Assembly (NCBI GenBank): GCA_963745075.1
Contig: CAVUWV010000010.1
Location: 416,001 to 480,000 of the forward strand
DNA length: 64,000 nucleotides
Direction: 5' to 3'
Origin: Candidatus Hydrogenedentota bacterium
GTDB lineage: Bacteria; Hydrogenedentota; Hydrogenedentia; Hydrogenedentales; SLHB01
Shown: positions 19,095 to 28,994 of the stretch, piece after piece
How positions within the stretch are numbered: the stretch's first letter is position 1
Layout: each line of letters begins with the position of its first letter
Program-made: the position numbers and the translations under genes
The notes under the pieces: generated by a model
What the model was told of the DNA's origin: nothing
Databases searched by the model: none
What the model saw: the letters and a program-made list of their open reading frames with translations, nothing else

Positions 19095-20330
19095 CTACTC
19101 CACCGCCTCGATGCGCTCACTCACCGGCGCGATGGGCGGGAGGCCGTTCTCGGGTGAATCGAGGTAGAAGAAGGCTACGGCCGACCAGTCGTCCTGCCGG
19201 TACATGTTGGTCCAGGCGTCATCGGGCGCTTCGTGTTTGCGGATGTCGATCTCTTTGTCCTGGTCGAAGAGCTTGACGAACTTGCCGTCGTAATCGAGAC
19301 TCACGGGTTTTATGTTGACCCCCTTATTCAGCAATTCGACGACCTGCTTCTTTTCCGCGCCGCCCATCTGTTGAATGGTCACGCGAATGTCGTTGTGAAA
19401 GTACACCGGGTCGGGGATGTGATACCGGTAGAACGTGTACTCCCGGTCCTTGCCGTCGGCGATGAGGCAGCCCTGGTAGCGGCGTTGAAAGGCGCCCTGT
19501 CCCCAACCGGTGCCGATGTAGTCTTCGGTGCCCGTACCGACGATGGTCGGCAAATCCGTGTCGCCGTCGAGGTACATCTTCACTTCACCTTCGCCCCACC
19601 AGCCGACGTTGTCCGGCTTTTCGATGATGCCGAGGTGCGCGCCGAGATAACGGCCTTCGCCGTGGACCGGCGGCAGGATTTCAAAATCCTTCATCAAGGT
19701 CGTCCACCGTTCCCGATGCCAGTACGCGTGAAAGTAGAGGGCGCCGTCGTCGGGTTTCGGCGTGAGTACGTAGTTGATGTCGTAAAAGAATTTCTCCACG
19801 TTCTGGTCCGACTCGTTGGTGACGACCACCTTCGCGCCGGTCTTGAAAGGCATGGGGATGTACATGTTGAACGACCGGCCTTCGGGATTCGTGAACAGTT
19901 CATTCTCAAACGCGACGGACCGTCCGAGGATTGCGCCGAAGAAGTCGCCGATGGGTGCCGACACGGCCGGGGTCAAAGCGCCATCCCAGAACATTTCCAG
20001 TTTGATCGCGCGCAACATCTCAGGATCGCGTTCGCGCATCGTGAACCACATGCGGTGAATGCAGCCGCTGCCTTCCGCGTGCATCAGCACGAGGGAGGAC
20101 CCGGCTGGAAACGGCACGAAAGCCGCGCCCTTCGCGCCCGCGTTCTCGTGTCCCCCTGCGCCGCGTGCGCCGTCCGGATTCTCAAAACTCGACCAGCGCG
20201 ATTCCGCGCCATCAGGAACTCGATACAACTCCATCGCGTTTTCCCCCTCCGCTGCTGCGATAGCCAGAAGAAGGCTTATCGCCATAATCCACGCACGCCA
20301 ATCCGTTCCGCCTGTCCAACGATGCATCAT
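19095..20330 (-). CDS. DUF2961 / glycoside hydrolase family 172 protein
   Basis: SSFENPDG, PIGDFFG, WWGEGEVKMYLDGD, GTGTEDY, YRYHIPDP. Confidence 0.9.
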   Translation of the reverse strand: MMHRWTGGTDWRAWIMAISLLLAIAAAEGENAMELYRVPDGAESRWSSFENPDGARGAGGHENAGAKGAAFVPFPAGSSLVLMHAEGSGCIHRMWFTMRERDPEMLRAIKLEMFWDGALTPAVSAPIGDFFGAILGRSVAFENELFTNPEGRSFNMYIPMPFKTGAKVVVTNESDQNVEKFFYDINYVLTPKPDDGALYFHAYWHRERWTTLMKDFEILPPVHGEGRYLGAHLGIIEKPDNVGWWGEGEVKMYLDGDTDLPTIVGTGTEDYIGTGWGQGAFQRRYQGCLIADGKDREYTFYRYHIPDPVYFHNDIRVTIQQMGGAEKKQVVELLNKGVNIKPVSLDYDGKFVKLFDQDKEIDIRKHEAPDDAWTNMYRQDDWSAVAFFYLDSPENGLPPIAPVSERIEAVE

Positions 20331-20430
20331 GGTCCGCACCTCCCCGAATATACGCCGCCACGTACGCTGCACAGGATACCAAATCTTTCCCTATAGCGGG
20401 TTGCCGGTTTGCACCGAAGACAAGTGGGGC

Positions 20431-20513
20431 CATGTAGCGCAGGCGTCCCGCCTGCAACTCTTAAGTCTCAGAACGCGGCCGCAAAATTGCAGGCGGGACG
20501 CCTGCGCTACATG
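20431..20513. repeat. GTAG-class REP doublet (27-bp perfect inverted repeat)
   Basis: catgtagcgcaggcgtcccgcctgcaa (20431-20457) and reverse complement (20487-20513). Confidence 0.85.
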
Positions 20514-20636
20514 AATTCCTGTTAGGGATTGAATAGTGGTATTTCCCCTCCGGCCTTCTTCCGCTATACTGGAACCCGGTGCGGCGCTGCCGGGGGGTGG
20601 CGTCTGTGGAACATTCGATAACGGGGGGATTCCGGG

Positions 20637-23600
20637 ATGTCCAGTTACGATGCGTGGTCCGGTCGCGTTTGGGTTTGGGGAGTACTGGTGCTAATGATGC
20701 TTGGTGCAGGGATTTCTGCGGTGTCCGCTGAAGACATTGCCGTCGTGCGGGACCAGTTCGCCGCGCCGCCGGTCGAGAACAGCCAGGGCCCCTTGTGGGT
20801 GTGGAACGACTGGATGACCGAAGACGAGGTCCGCCAGGCTCTGCGCGACCTCGCGTCGCAGCACGTCATGCAGGCCTTCGTCCATCCCCGGCCGGGGCTG
20901 ATGACGCCGTACCTCTCGGACCGGTGGTTCGACCTATGGGCCGTCGCGCTGGACGAAGCCGAGAAACTCGGCATGCACATCTGGATCTACGACGAGAATT
21001 CCTATCCCTCCGGATTTGCCGGCGGCTTCGTGCCGGACCAGATGCCCGAGTCTCGGGGCCAGGGACTGGTCTTCGAAGAAGTCACGGACGTGCCGAATCC
21101 GCTTCCGGAGGATGTGCTGCGCGTCTACGCCGTTATCGGCGACACCTACACCGACGCAACGCCGAAAGATGCGCAGACCGCGCTGCCTTCCGGCCGGTAC
21201 ATTCTCGCCAAACGCGCGTGGGCCCAACCGTCGCCGTGGTTCGGCGGGAAGACCTACGTCGATTTGCTGCGTCCCGGCGTGACGGAGAAGTTTCTCGAGG
21301 TGACGCTCGATGCCTGCAAAGCCCACTTCGGCGATCAGTTCGGCAAACGGGTTCCCGGATCGTTCACGGACGAACCGCACCTCGTGCCCGGTGGCGAGTT
21401 TCATTGGACCCCCGATCTGCCCGAAGTATTCCAGAAACGTTGGGGCTACGACCTCATGGAGAATCTCCCATCACTGAAGTACGACCTCGGCGACTGGAAG
21501 AAAGTGCGCCACGACTATTACGCCACGATCAACGAGTTGTTCATCGAACGCTGGGCGAAGCCGTATTACACCTATTGCGAACGCAACGGTCTCATGTTCA
21601 CCGGGCACTACTGGGAGCACGACTGGCCGCGACTGACACACGTGCCGGACGATATGGCCATGTCCGCGTGGCAGCATGCGCCCGGCATCGACATTCTCTT
21701 CAATCAATACAGCGAAGGCGTCCACGCCCAGTTCGGCAACGTGCGCGCGGTGATGGAACTGGCGAGTGTCGCGAACCAGCTCGGGCGACGGTTCCGGCTC
21801 TGTGAAACCTACGGCGGCGGCGGTTGGGATCTTCGCTTCGAAGACATGAAACGCATCGGTGATTGGGTCGACGTGTTGGGCGTCACGCTGAACAACCAGC
21901 ACCTGACCCACTCGACCTTACGCGGCGCGCGCAAGGGCGACTATCCCCAGTCCTTCTCCTACCACGCGCCCTGGTGGGATTCCTATCACGTGCTGGCCGA
22001 CTACTTCGCGCGCGTGTCGCTGGTGTTGTCCCACGGTGAGCAGATCAACGACGTGCTGGTCCTCGAACCGACGACGACCACGTGGATGTACCAGGGTCCC
22101 GGACGCGACCACAACGAACAGATTGGCGAGGCATTTCAAGCGTTCGTGACGCAATTGGCGAAGAAGAACGTCGAGTTCGACATCGGCTGCGAGTACATCC
22201 TCGCGAATTGGGGTCATGTCGAGCGCGGCAAGTTCGTCGTAGGACAGCGCGCGTATGATGTCTTCGTCATTCCGAAGGGCACCGAGAGTTTGGACACGGC
22301 GACGGTGGATCTTCTCGAAGCGTTCTTGAAGAACGGCGGAACCGTGCTCGACTACGGGGACACACCGCCGGCGATGATCGACGGGCGTCCATCCGGCCGT
22401 GTCGTGGACTTGAGCCAAGCAGCGAGTTGGAAGACGGCCGGCGAAGACGACTTGTACCAGAGGCAGCAGACGGTATCGCCGTTCAGCATTACCTTGGCCG
22501 ATGATAACCAAGGCATCGTTTACCATCAGCGGCGCACGTACGGGGACGGTGAGCTTCTCTTTCTCGCCAACACCAGCGATACGTCGAAAGGCATCGGTTC
22601 ATTTCGATCCAGTATGAGCGGCGTCGAACAATGGGACCTCGAAACGGGTGAAGCCGGCATTTCCTATCCGTTCACGCCCCGCATGGATGGCATTCTTGCG
22701 GACTTCGAGCTTGCGCCTTGCGGCAGCTTGTTGTTGTACCTGCCGAAAGCAACACGCGAGGTCGTGTCCCCGTCGCCGGAGCCGGTCTGGACCGCATTGA
22801 CTGCGACGGGCGACATGATTGTTGAACGTTCGTCACCGAATGTATTGACCCTCGACTACGTCAACGTCACCGCGGGCGGCGAAACGCGGGAGGCGCAGTA
22901 TTTCTACGCCGCCGCCGAATTTGTTTTCCAGAAGCACGGTCTCGAGAGGAACCCGTGGGACCATGCTGTGCAATTCAATGACGAACTCATCAGCAAGACC
23001 TTCCCGCCGGACAGCGGGTTTGAAGCCACCTACCGCTTCACTATCGAAGGCGATGTTCCGAAACCGTTGTATGCCGTCGTCGAGCGCACGGATCTCTACA
23101 CGATTACCTGCAACGGAAAACCCGTGACCGCGATGCCGGGCGAATGGTGGCTGGACCGCGCCTTCGGCGTGATCGACATCAGCGACTGCGTGCAGTCCGG
23201 AGAAAACACGCTGACGACCGTCGCGCAGCCGTTCACCATGTTCCACGAGTTGGAGCGCGCCTATATCCTCGGCGACTTCAGTCTGCTCAATGCCGATTCC
23301 GGATTTCATATCATCGCACCGAGCGTGCTGACGGCCGGTCCCTGGGATCAGCAGGGGTGTCCACTTTACGGCGCAGGCGTGACGTATAGGCAGACCTTTA
23401 CCGTCGACAAACCGGCGGGCACGTATCGCGTAAAGCTTCCCGCATGGCTCGGCAGCGTGTCGAAGGTGCGCGTGAACGGCGAGGGCGTGGGGTACATCTA
23501 CCATAGCCCGGCAACTTGCGATGTCAGCGATGCGATCAAGCCCGGGGAAAACGTCGTCGAAGTCGAAGTGATCGGCACGCCGAAGAACACGCTGGGTCCC

Positions 23601-23741
23601 CATCACGGGAATCCGCCTCTTGGCATCGCGTCACCCGACATGTTCCGGAAGGGCCCCATCCCCGGACCGCCCTCCGGAGCGGATTACAGCACCGTTGGTT
23701 ACGGCTTGTTCGCTCCGTTCGAAGTGCAAGCGACCGGGTGA
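20637..23741 (+). CDS. Secreted glycoside hydrolase (GH106-like / GH2 sugar-binding domain)
   Basis: Signal peptide; WVWND, HPRPGL, WIYDENSYPSGFAGG, FTDEP, C-terminal beta-sandwich. Confidence 0.8.
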   Translation: MSSYDAWSGRVWVWGVLVLMMLGAGISAVSAEDIAVVRDQFAAPPVENSQGPLWVWNDWMTEDEVRQALRDLASQHVMQAFVHPRPGLMTPYLSDRWFDLWAVALDEAEKLGMHIWIYDENSYPSGFAGGFVPDQMPESRGQGLVFEEVTDVPNPLPEDVLRVYAVIGDTYTDATPKDAQTALPSGRYILAKRAWAQPSPWFGGKTYVDLLRPGVTEKFLEVTLDACKAHFGDQFGKRVPGSFTDEPHLVPGGEFHWTPDLPEVFQKRWGYDLMENLPSLKYDLGDWKKVRHDYYATINELFIERWAKPYYTYCERNGLMFTGHYWEHDWPRLTHVPDDMAMSAWQHAPGIDILFNQYSEGVHAQFGNVRAVMELASVANQLGRRFRLCETYGGGGWDLRFEDMKRIGDWVDVLGVTLNNQHLTHSTLRGARKGDYPQSFSYHAPWWDSYHVLADYFARVSLVLSHGEQINDVLVLEPTTTTWMYQGPGRDHNEQIGEAFQAFVTQLAKKNVEFDIGCEYILANWGHVERGKFVVGQRAYDVFVIPKGTESLDTATVDLLEAFLKNGGTVLDYGDTPPAMIDGRPSGRVVDLSQAASWKTAGEDDLYQRQQTVSPFSITLADDNQGIVYHQRRTYGDGELLFLANTSDTSKGIGSFRSSMSGVEQWDLETGEAGISYPFTPRMDGILADFELAPCGSLLLYLPKATREVVSPSPEPVWTALTATGDMIVERSSPNVLTLDYVNVTAGGETREAQYFYAAAEFVFQKHGLERNPWDHAVQFNDELISKTFPPDSGFEATYRFTIEGDVPKPLYAVVERTDLYTITCNGKPVTAMPGEWWLDRAFGVIDISDCVQSGENTLTTVAQPFTMFHELERAYILGDFSLLNADSGFHIIAPSVLTAGPWDQQGCPLYGAGVTYRQTFTVDKPAGTYRVKLPAWLGSVSKVRVNGEGVGYIYHSPATCDVSDAIKPGENVVEVEVIGTPKNTLGPHHGNPPLGIASPDMFRKGPIPGPPSGADYSTVGYGLFAPFEVQATG

Positions 23742-23806
23742 GACGATCCCGGCACGCGGGTTTTCGAAGCTGCCGTGAGAGTCGGCAAAGGGTCGTATAT
23801 TGCCAA

Positions 23807-23857
23807 CCGGCCCGAAGGGGCCAAAACATGTTGGCCCAGGGCAACGCCCTGGGAAAT
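23807..23857. repeat. Short double-hairpin REP-like element between convergent genes
   Basis: ggcccgaaggggcc and cccagggcaacgccctggg palindromes. Confidence 0.6.
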
Positions 23858-23859
23858 CT

Positions 23860-25791
23860 TCACTGCTTCGGCAACGCTCGTAACGCCTGTTGCGCCTTGG
23901 GGAAATTCGGCTGGAGGCGCAGCGCCAATTCGAACTGCTCGCGGGCTTCGGCATACTTGCCTTGCGCGGCGAGGGCGAGTCCGAGGTTTTGGTGCAGGGA
24001 TGGGTCGTTCGGTGTCCGTTCGACCAGGGGCCGTAACTGCGCCTCGGCTTCCGCTGGACGGCCGGCGGCGAAGAGCGCGGCCCCATAATTCTCCGCGGCT
24101 TCCCGGTTTTTGGGGTCGGTTTTGACGGCCTTCGCGATAGCCTTCACGGCTTCCAGATGGTGACCGAGGCCCAGCAGGATAGTCCCCAGGTTGTTGTAGG
24201 CTTCGCTGTAACCGGGATCGAGTTCCGTCGCGCGGGTGTAGGCGGCGGCCGCGGCCTCCGGTTGTCCGAGGTTCTGCAGCACGATGCCCAGGTTGTACTG
24301 ATTCTCCGCATTGCCGGGATTTAATTCCGCTGCACGCGTGACGTGCGGCAATGCATCCAAGTACCGTTCCTCGGTAATAAGGGCTTTGGCGAGACCTCGT
24401 TCGGCGACCGCGTTCTCTCCCGTGACGGCCAGGGCGTGGCGGAACAGCGTCTCCGAATTCGCCCAATACCCCGCCTGGACCCAGGTCCGCCAAGCCAAGA
24501 CGGCGACCGCGAGCGCACCTGCCACACGCAGAACTTTCGGCGGCACGTGCAGCTTTGTGTCAGCGAGCTGCGATACCCCCCAGGCGACCACGATCGTCAA
24601 TCCGATGAGGGGGAAGTACGTATACCGGTCCGCCAACCCGTGGACACCAACCTGAACGATCCCGATGACGGGGACGAGCGTGCCCAGGTACCAGAACCAC
24701 CCCACCGGCAAGTAGGGGCTGCGCGCGCGCGCCAGGATGACGGTAATCGTAATCGCTGCAAGCAACAGGACACACAGGCTCGCCTGAATCGTCGTCAGCG
24801 AATTGCCGGGGTGCGGGTAGAAGGCCGCCAAGTGGCTAGGCCAAAAGGCCTTGACCCCGTACAGCACATAGGAATACGCCGCGTTCTTCAAGCGCAGCGC
24901 CATGGGCAGGGCGGCAAGCGAACTGGTGGCCCCTGCACCACGCTGGACCCACACGGTCAATGCGGAAAACACGATGGCCAACGCGAGGTGCGGCATCTTT
25001 TCCAAGAGTAAGCGAACAAGGCGGAACCCGTTGTTCGACGACGCTCCGCATCGCGCCGCAACAAACGCCGAAGACGCAAGACCGCGTCCCCGGCCCTCCC
25101 CGTGAACGGGGGGAGTTAGAGAGGGGGTGTTTCCGGTACCGGTCCAACGTCCCAGCGGCCAGTAATCGAGCAATAGCAATACGCAAGGGATGGTCACGAG
25201 CATCGGCTTTGCGAGCAACCCCAAGCCGAGCCAAGCCACGGTCATCGCGTATCGCAGGAGTGACGGTCTTTCGCAATACGCCGCGTAGGCCCACAGCGTC
25301 AGCATAGCGAAGAAGGTGCTGAGCACATCCTTCCGTTCGGATACCCACGCCACGGACTCGACATGGATCGGATGCAACGCGAACACGGCCGCCACGAACA
25401 GGCTCGGATACGTTCGCTTCGTCATCCGGCGCAAAGCCAGGAAGAGGACCACCGCGTTCAACCCATGCAATATGACGTTAGTGAGATGGTGGCCCCAGGG
25501 TTTCATCCCGTACATCGCGCAATCCGACATATGCGACAGCCACGCCAAGGGCTGCCACGTCCCGGAGTGCCCGTTGGTGAAGGCCCAAACCACGGACTCC
25601 GCGTTGAGGCCGGATCGCACCATGGGATTGTCGGTGACGTAAACGCCGTCGTCGTAATTCACAAAACCGGCCCGCAGCGCAGGGACGTACGCGACGACGG
25701 TAACCGCAAAAAGTAGAACAGCCACGACCCCTGCAACCCATGCATCGCGCGAAGGAGGTTCGGCCGGTACGTTGTGTGATGCGTTGTCCAT
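23860..25791 (-). CDS. Multi-TM TPR protein (TMTC-like putative O-glycosyltransferase)
   Basis: FVNYDD, HPIHVESVAWVSERKD, LLAKPM, ADRYTYFP, C-terminal TPRs. Confidence 0.85.
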   Translation of the reverse strand: MDNASHNVPAEPPSRDAWVAGVVAVLLFAVTVVAYVPALRAGFVNYDDGVYVTDNPMVRSGLNAESVVWAFTNGHSGTWQPLAWLSHMSDCAMYGMKPWGHHLTNVILHGLNAVVLFLALRRMTKRTYPSLFVAAVFALHPIHVESVAWVSERKDVLSTFFAMLTLWAYAAYCERPSLLRYAMTVAWLGLGLLAKPMLVTIPCVLLLLDYWPLGRWTGTGNTPSLTPPVHGEGRGRGLASSAFVAARCGASSNNGFRLVRLLLEKMPHLALAIVFSALTVWVQRGAGATSSLAALPMALRLKNAAYSYVLYGVKAFWPSHLAAFYPHPGNSLTTIQASLCVLLLAAITITVILARARSPYLPVGWFWYLGTLVPVIGIVQVGVHGLADRYTYFPLIGLTIVVAWGVSQLADTKLHVPPKVLRVAGALAVAVLAWRTWVQAGYWANSETLFRHALAVTGENAVAERGLAKALITEERYLDALPHVTRAAELNPGNAENQYNLGIVLQNLGQPEAAAAAYTRATELDPGYSEAYNNLGTILLGLGHHLEAVKAIAKAVKTDPKNREAAENYGAALFAAGRPAEAEAQLRPLVERTPNDPSLHQNLGLALAAQGKYAEAREQFELALRLQPNFPKAQQALRALPKQ

Positions 25792-25972
25792 GATTCCCCA
25801 AGGTCCGGCGATCCAGCCACGAGGATCGCGTCCCGACTTTACTGAATTCCGCGGATTGTCGCAATCGTTTTTCGAGGGTTATGAAAAGAATGTACTGGAC
25901 AGTTGCGAACAAAAGTGCTAAAGTGGGGCGAAGGCTAGTGTACTGCCAGCTATTTACTGAGCCGGGCGGAGT

Positions 25973-27145
25973 TTGTGCGTGAGAGCAATAGGTAGGTTGA
26001 CTGTGCAAGCGGGGAATCACGATCACGCCATCTGCCCCGTAAGCGCAGAGATACCAGTTAATTATATAGCGTTTGGCGACCCCGTTGCGATAGCAGTCCA
26101 GGACGCCCGCAGCGGCGCGTTCGAGCCGTGTCAGACCGCGCCAGCACGAAAAGGGACGCAACTGACGTTTCTGCTCAAGCGGCTTCGGGCCGGGGAAACG
26201 CGGAAATACCGAATCATCCCGCAGCGGGTACCCTTCGTGGACCGCGTGAAGTTGGTGAACGACGAAGAGTCCGGCCGGTTGGAGGTTTTGGTATCCGGAA
26301 AGCCGTTTACGACATATCATTATGGTCCTAAATGGGTTAGACCGTTCTTTCAGCCCCTTATCGGCCCCGGCGGCGTCAAAATGACCCGCAACTGGCCCGT
26401 GGAAAAGGGGATCGAAGGAGAGACCCGGGACCATCGTCACCATAAGTCCTTGTGGGTGGCCTACGGAGAATGCGATACTGTCGACAACTGGTCGGAAGAC
26501 AAGGGCCACGGGTACCAGCGGCACCGGCGTTTTTTGTCGCTCGTTTCCGGGCCGGTTTATGGCGAATTCGTGGCCAAGCTTGACTGGTGTAATGCCAAGG
26601 AACGCAAGCAGTTCGAAGAAACGCGCCGGCTTCGGTTCTACGCCGTCCCGGGAGGTGCCCGGCTTTTTGACGTGAGTATCTCGTTCAGGATGACGGAGCG
26701 TGAAGTCACCTTTCGGGACACCAAGGAAGGCGGCCTGATTTCGGTGCGGGTGGCAAGCGCGATGGATGTCCCGCGCGGCGGCCGAATCGAAAACGGGTAC
26801 GGCGGATGCGATGAGAAGGAAACCTGGGGCAAGAAAGCGCCCTGGTGCGACTATAGCGGAGTCGTTGACGGCCAACACGTTGGCATTGCTGTCATGGACC
26901 ACGAAACCAATCCGCGATATCCGACGGAATGGCACGTGCGCAATTATGGATTGATGACGGCCAATTGTTTCGGTTGGAGCTACTTCCGCCCGGAGCGGAA
27001 ACAACGGGGCGACATGCGGTTCCGTAAAGGAAGCGCAACGCCCTGGAATTATAGGATTTATATGCACAAGGGAGATGCAGGGAAGGCGAAGGTCCGGGAA
27101 CGGTTCCTTGATTACATCGCCCCACCCGAAGTGACCGTGGGGTAG
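25973..27145 (+). CDS. DUF6807 / 'PmoA-family' protein (not a methane monooxygenase)
   Basis: RPFFQPL, DHRHHKSLW, DTKEGG, WCDYSG, DHETN, WHVRNYG; start uncertain. Confidence 0.7.
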   Translation: MCVRAIGRLTVQAGNHDHAICPVSAEIPVNYIAFGDPVAIAVQDARSGAFEPCQTAPARKGTQLTFLLKRLRAGETRKYRIIPQRVPFVDRVKLVNDEESGRLEVLVSGKPFTTYHYGPKWVRPFFQPLIGPGGVKMTRNWPVEKGIEGETRDHRHHKSLWVAYGECDTVDNWSEDKGHGYQRHRRFLSLVSGPVYGEFVAKLDWCNAKERKQFEETRRLRFYAVPGGARLFDVSISFRMTEREVTFRDTKEGGLISVRVASAMDVPRGGRIENGYGGCDEKETWGKKAPWCDYSGVVDGQHVGIAVMDHETNPRYPTEWHVRNYGLMTANCFGWSYFRPERKQRGDMRFRKGSATPWNYRIYMHKGDAGKAKVRERFLDYIAPPEVTVG

Positions 27146-27149
27146 TGGC

Positions 27150-27259
27150 CCGCATTTCTCACCGCCCGAAGACGTCCACCTGTTGACGGTGTTTTCGGGG
27201 GGCGGTGAGAGATGCTCTCGAGAAGACTTGAAGGCTCACTGTTGAGGAATTTTCACACG
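27150..27259 (+). repeat. ~110-bp dispersed hairpin element, copy 1
   Basis: Aligns by eye along its length with the reverse complement of 55371-55481. Confidence 0.75.
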
Positions 27260-27385
27260 CACACTGTAAAGCTCAAGCGATTCGTCCATTTTCTGAAGGC
27301 GTAGCGCGGACTGAGGTTATATGTTCGACGATTTGTGCGTGTGGGAATTCCGGGGTAGGAAACCTACAGGAGACCGCGGGAAACC

Positions 27386-28807
27386 ATGGCAACGTCACGG
27401 AAGAAAGCGAAGAAAGCCGCCAAGACCAAGGCCAAACCGAAGAGGAAGCCCGTGAAGAAGCCCGCCAAGAAGTCCGTAAAGGCAAAGGCGGTCGCTAAGT
27501 CCAAGGTCAAACCCAGAGCGAAGTCCAAGCCCACGGCTCGGCCCAAGACCAAGCCGAAGGCCAAGCCCAAAGCGAAACCGAAGGCGAAGGCCTCGGTGAA
27601 AAGGAAGACGGTGTCGAAAAAGAAGGCTGTTGCCAAGAAGAAGCCGCCGGCGAAGAAGACGCCTGTTAAGAAAGCGCCGGCGAAGAAGAAGTCCGCATCC
27701 GCCAAGGCCGCGACCCGGAGCAGCGCCGCGCGGGTTCAAGCAGCGGCCAAGGCTAAGGTGGGCGCTGCAACGTCCCGGAAACGGCCCACGGCCGCGGGTC
27801 CGCCCGCGAAGAAGCCGAAGAACCGTAAGCCATTGCTGCCGCGCGAGTTCTTGTTGGAAGTAGCCGCCACGATCCGTAATGCCGTGCTGCCCTTGGTTCG
27901 GGCGGCGAAGGGCCGGGAGATCATTGGCAGCGCCACCAGCGGAGACGCGACCTTTCAACTGGACAAGGTGGCGGAACGGGCCTTGCTGAATTTCCTGCGC
28001 GACGCGCGCGTGCCCGTGGCCTTTTACTCGGAAGACGCGGGATACACGACCTTTACGAGCGCGCAACCCGAACATCTGCTAGTCGTGGATCCGGTCGACG
28101 GATCGCGCGCCGCCAAGAGCGGATTCGAGTCGTGCGTCGTGTCCGTGGCCAGCACCCGGGTGATCGAACGCCCGCGCATGTCAGACGTGGACAACGGGGT
28201 CGTCATGGAAATCGTGGGACCGCGGACCTTCTATGCCCAGCGCGGCAAAGGCGCCCGAATCTATGTCAACGACGCCGTCAAGAAGGCGAAGCTGTCGAAG
28301 AATTCCAATCTCGAAACCATCTCCTGGTCGATGACCGTGCCGGCGCGTCCGGCAGAACTCATTTTTCCGACAGCGGCCAAACTGGTCGATTTGTCCAGCC
28401 TGAAGGGCGGGTTCTTCGCATGCAACAGCACGTCTTATAGCCTGACGCGGATGTTGACCAATCAACTCGATGCGTGCGTGGACTTCGCTAACCGGTACCT
28501 GCGGGATATTCCGGATGCCGTGGAAGACCAGTTCATCAACGCCGGGCGGGGCATCGTCCTCGGGATCGCGCCGTACGACATCGCCGCGTCCTACCTTATT
28601 GCGATCGAATCGGGATGCGTGGTCACGGATGCCTACGGCGAGAGTCTCGACGACGTGCTCTTGCTGGACAGCAGCGTGTCGAACCACCGGTCACTTATCG
28701 CCGCGGCCAACAAAGATCTCCACGAGAAGCTCATGAGCTTCTTCGATATCCGCATCCAGCAGTTCGAGCAACTCCTGACCCGGCGCGCCAAACTCGCCGG
28801 GAAATAG
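27386..28807 (+). CDS. Inositol monophosphatase / FBPase (FIG superfamily) with N-terminal histone-H1-like Lys/Ala/Pro-rich region
   Basis: ~145 aa of KKPAKK-type repeats, then DKVAE, SED, VDPVDGS, YDIAAS motifs; AGGAG RBS. Confidence 0.85.
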   Translation: MATSRKKAKKAAKTKAKPKRKPVKKPAKKSVKAKAVAKSKVKPRAKSKPTARPKTKPKAKPKAKPKAKASVKRKTVSKKKAVAKKKPPAKKTPVKKAPAKKKSASAKAATRSSAARVQAAAKAKVGAATSRKRPTAAGPPAKKPKNRKPLLPREFLLEVAATIRNAVLPLVRAAKGREIIGSATSGDATFQLDKVAERALLNFLRDARVPVAFYSEDAGYTTFTSAQPEHLLVVDPVDGSRAAKSGFESCVVSVASTRVIERPRMSDVDNGVVMEIVGPRTFYAQRGKGARIYVNDAVKKAKLSKNSNLETISWSMTVPARPAELIFPTAAKLVDLSSLKGGFFACNSTSYSLTRMLTNQLDACVDFANRYLRDIPDAVEDQFINAGRGIVLGIAPYDIAASYLIAIESGCVVTDAYGESLDDVLLLDSSVSNHRSLIAAANKDLHEKLMSFFDIRIQQFEQLLTRRAKLAGK

Positions 28808-28810
28808 GAA

Positions 28811-28901
28811 AAATGCTAACAGTAACCATTTGTTCAACTGGTTAACGTCGAAATAACGAAGCGGCGCAGAGCGATGTGAATAAATGGTTACGGTCCCCAT
28901 T
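28811..28901. repeat. Short inverted-repeat pair (aaatggttac/gtaaccattt family)
   Basis: aaatgctaacagtaaccattt and aaatggttacggtccccatt. Confidence 0.55.
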
Positions 28902-28994
28902 CTTCCCGCGCCGCGTTGAGCGCCCCTCATACCTTTGGTACAATACCGTTTTGAGTTCTACGGCCGCTTCGGCCCATCCGTTTTGGAGCACGCC

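Noticed and set aside
25478..27067. 529-aa minus-strand ORF
   Set aside because: Antisense to the DUF6807 gene and overlaps the TPR gene out of frame; no motifs
25973..27145. Methane monooxygenase interpretation of the PmoA-family label
   Set aside because: Soluble protein with no pmoB/pmoC; the family name is misleading
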